A stretch of DNA of 24,538 nucleotides from Acanthaster planci (Eukaryota), in NCBI RefSeq assembly GCF_001949145.1, contig NW_019091357.1, forward strand, positions 4,488,228 to 4,512,765, written 5' to 3'. Under the pieces are notes generated by a model. It worked only from the letters and a program-made list of their open reading frames with translations, was not told where the DNA came from and made no database searches. The translations under genes and the position numbers were made by a program. This document shows positions 21,849-24,538 of this stretch, one piece after another (within the stretch, counting starts at the first letter, position 1; each line of letters begins with the position of its first letter).

Positions 21849-24156
21849 GTAAGTGTTTGTGCGTTTGTGGGCATGGTGGGGGCGTGGTGGGAGGGGATAG
21901 GCCTGTTGACTTAATCATGGTTGAATCCCTCTGAAAAGGTGGGTGACTTCGATCAACCAAAAACTGTACTGGTACAGGTTTGCATTTTATGTGCTGTGAG
22001 TTTGAGGTGAATATCGTCAGAAATGAAAGACCTATGCAAAACCTTGCACAGGTCCGTACAGAATTTCACTTTCTGAAAAGAATTGTGGAGGAATTTGTTA
22101 GTGTGGATATTAAATTTTAATGATACCCCACATGTATATGACCAAGTAAAAACAGGAGCGGTAAAGGAAATGCTGATGGAAATGTGCAGGTTGAAAAATG
22201 TTCACAGGGCAAGTAAAATGAGTCAGCTCCAGTTTCTCTTTGCTTCATGAAAACAATGGAATTGCCATGTCACACCACAACTAGAGCATTGTCCCAACTG
22301 CAGACCCAACTGTAGTTGGGTCAGGTCCAACTTCAGTTGGGTCTCTCCCAACTGGGCCCAACTATAGTTGGGACAGATGCTGTAGTTGGGGCATAACATC
22401 CACATTACGTATGCACTTGTGTGTGTGTATGCGCGGTGTTATGAATGATCTTAAGAATGCCTCAAGTATCAGTTCTCCTGCGATGGTGTCCGTTTTTAGC
22501 ACCGCTGTTCAATTTGTTGTAGCCATCAATGTGGCCGAGTTTGCCGGTGCTCGCGCGGCTGAGCTCAAGACCATGACGGAGGCCGTCATGACCATGGGGG
22601 GCATGCGCAGGACTTTCCAAAAGCTGCCGCGCCATCTGCGACGTCGGGCCATGAGCCATGACCTGCGACGACTGCCCAAGAGACTGCGAGATTCTGAAGA
22701 GAGAACAGTGAGTTGCCACTTCGTTTTGGTTCGTCACACACAGCATCAGTGTTGTAATCAAATCCATTGCAAGTTATTTCATAAGTCTCTTCAAAACTCC
22801 TTTCACAAAACCAAGTTACCAAGACCTATCGCAGGACCAGTCACAAATAACGGGGCGAAGAGTTTGTCACAGTTCACTTGAATAGCTTGTGACTTGGATT
22901 AAGACTGAATGATTTGTGAGGGACTTGTGATGGACTTGGCCCGCAGCCCTGAACGCAGTTATGAACATGCTTACAGGATATTACCCCAATGCATGTAACT
23001 TAACCTCAACCCTTTAGGATATTAAGAACTTAAAGTTTTTAAGTTTTCCTTTAGGAACTTAAAGTTTGGCTTGTGGATAGATATAGACGAGTGTTTTATA
23101 TTATTTTCATTTCTTCATTCTAATTGTTATCATTTTTTATGGACTTGTTAGCCCCTTAGCCTCTTCTTGTTGTTTTGTGTCCGTTGTTAGATTTTTCTTA
23201 CGTCACTTTGTGTGTGGCATTACCTTATTAACCTAAATACTGTGTACTTCTTTTGCCACCATAATTATGTAATGTCATTTTCAACAATGTGTAAGTAAAC
23301 AATTTTTATGGGGTCTCCGGTTTACAAGCTCTGCTTTTTGCAGACCTCCACTTATTGTTAATTAATTGTTCCATTCAAATGTTTTAATTTATGTACTCCT
23401 CTGACATGCATAAGTGGAAAATGAACTGAAGTGAACTGATATTTGGCAAGGTACCTTGTTGAACAAACGATATGCAACACTCTTAGTAAACCCCTGCCGA
23501 GTTGCACAAGATTCAACAGGTCAGCTATCCTCTTGACTCTATGGCTGAAGAGTCTCATTATTGCCAGCTCCCAGAGGACTCCATATATAACACTCTGCAA
23601 AGGAATTAACTCTCATTACCGCAACACTGGCGGTTTATTCCTCTGCTGTTGACTGCTCAGTTCAGCAAGATCTTACAGGGTATTGCACTTGTCATTTGAT
23701 GTGTCTGTCAAGGCTATGATTAACCTGATGTTAGGACCTTGAGCTCTGCATTGCCCAAGTTGATACCTCAAGTTGTAACAAGGTCATTGTAGCAGCATGG
23801 AAGGCTGCATGCATGGTCATTACAGTGGCGATGGCAACAGCACTGCATTAATTGAGACCGATAGAATTACTTTGATATTTGTTTCCTTCGATCTTCAAGA
23901 TGCAGAAAAGCATGCACAAGAAGAAGGCTGGTCAGGGCAAAGAGGGCGGGGCAGAGGAAGACCTGCCCCCGGCGAAGCGATCGCGCCGTCACCGTCGCCG
24001 GCCCAGTAACCTGAAGGCGGAGTACCAGCGCAGACAGGGCGGCCACGCCTGGTTGGAGACCCATATCTGGCATGCCAAGAGGTTCAAGATGGTGGGGCAG
24101 TGGGGCTACAAACTGCCCCTGCATCCGTCAGACAAGAGCATCAGGGCCACCTACAG
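21788..24156 (+). CDS. POP1: Ribonuclease P/MRP protein subunit POP1, 5' part (3 coding exons; continues beyond the window)
   Basis: join(21788-21848,22523-22707,23900-24156,...). [24 protein letters not shown] (R-box) and [17 protein letters not shown] (W-box) are POP1 hallmarks. Confidence 0.93.
22291..22392. repeat. Array of short CCCAACT/AGTTGGG palindromic units
   Basis: CCCAACTgtAGTTGGG, CCAACTtcAGTTGGG, CCCAACTatAGTTGGG and partial copies. Confidence 0.7.
22523..22707 (+). CDS. POP1: POP1 exon with R-box
   Basis: tttgttgtag|CC; ACA|gtgagt; [17 protein letters not shown]...[25 protein letters not shown]. Confidence 0.93.
22747..22951. mobile_element. Diverged second copy of the 14849-15143 MITE family
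   Basis: Starts CAGTGTTGTAATCAA; shares GACCAGTCACAA.TAAC.GGG.G and AGTTCA.TTGAAT..TTGTGACTTG.ATT.AGACTG with copy 1. Confidence 0.6.
23900..24156 (+). CDS. POP1: POP1 exon with W-box
   Basis: cttcaag|ATG (or atgcag|23906); AG|gtacga; [23 protein letters not shown]. Confidence 0.93.
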
Positions 24157-24538
24157 GTACGACTCACGGACGGTTCATTCCTTGACCATATTATTTGACT
24201 GAAAATTGGAAGGCGAAATAAAGCGGTCAACATTTGATGTACAGCCAAACGCCACAAACACTGACCTCTTAGAAATAAGTTTCTTTGAATAGTATTTGTA
24301 CAATATTTCCTCTTACTGCAACCTCCAAATGTTTCAACACCGTGGCAATATTTGCTACCACGACAGGTTACGCACAGTGCCCCAAGTCGTGACACGTGGC
24401 TGTTTCACCTGTCGGCCATGCCTTGTGAGATTTGAAGCATTTCATGGTGGAGGTAGCAAGTAGACTAGATAGGTTGGTGGTAGCACCATGGATATATTTT
24501 TTGAGTGTGTGGGGTTCTGAAAAGAAGTGTTGGTACTC

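Overview
Eukaryotic (animal) genomic DNA with two intron-rich genes on the + strand. (1) A complete lethal(3)malignant brain tumour-like gene of the L3MBTL1/3/4 group. I reconstructed 18 phase-consistent GT-AG coding exons by hand (ATG 2605 to TGA 16020, about 945 aa). Domain order is acidic N-terminus, FCS zinc finger, 3 MBT repeats, 2 CCHHC (C2HC) zinc fingers, SAM. A probable long 3' UTR follows. (2) After a CpG-rich promoter-like island (~20030-20200), the 5' part of POP1 (RNase P/MRP subunit), with three coding exons, running off the window end. Introns hold several MITE-like/foldback elements and short tandem repeats. An invertebrate deuterostome such as amphioxus is my inference (single pro-orthologue-like L3MBTL, frequent TACATGTA), not a proven assignment. 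The most notable hidden signal is a candidate 6-nt frame-preserving microexon (7925-7930) between MBT1 and MBT2 with SRRM3/4-type upstream architecture. I found no evidence of a wholly new multi-gene system. Most entries in the ORF track are exon fragments or spurious.
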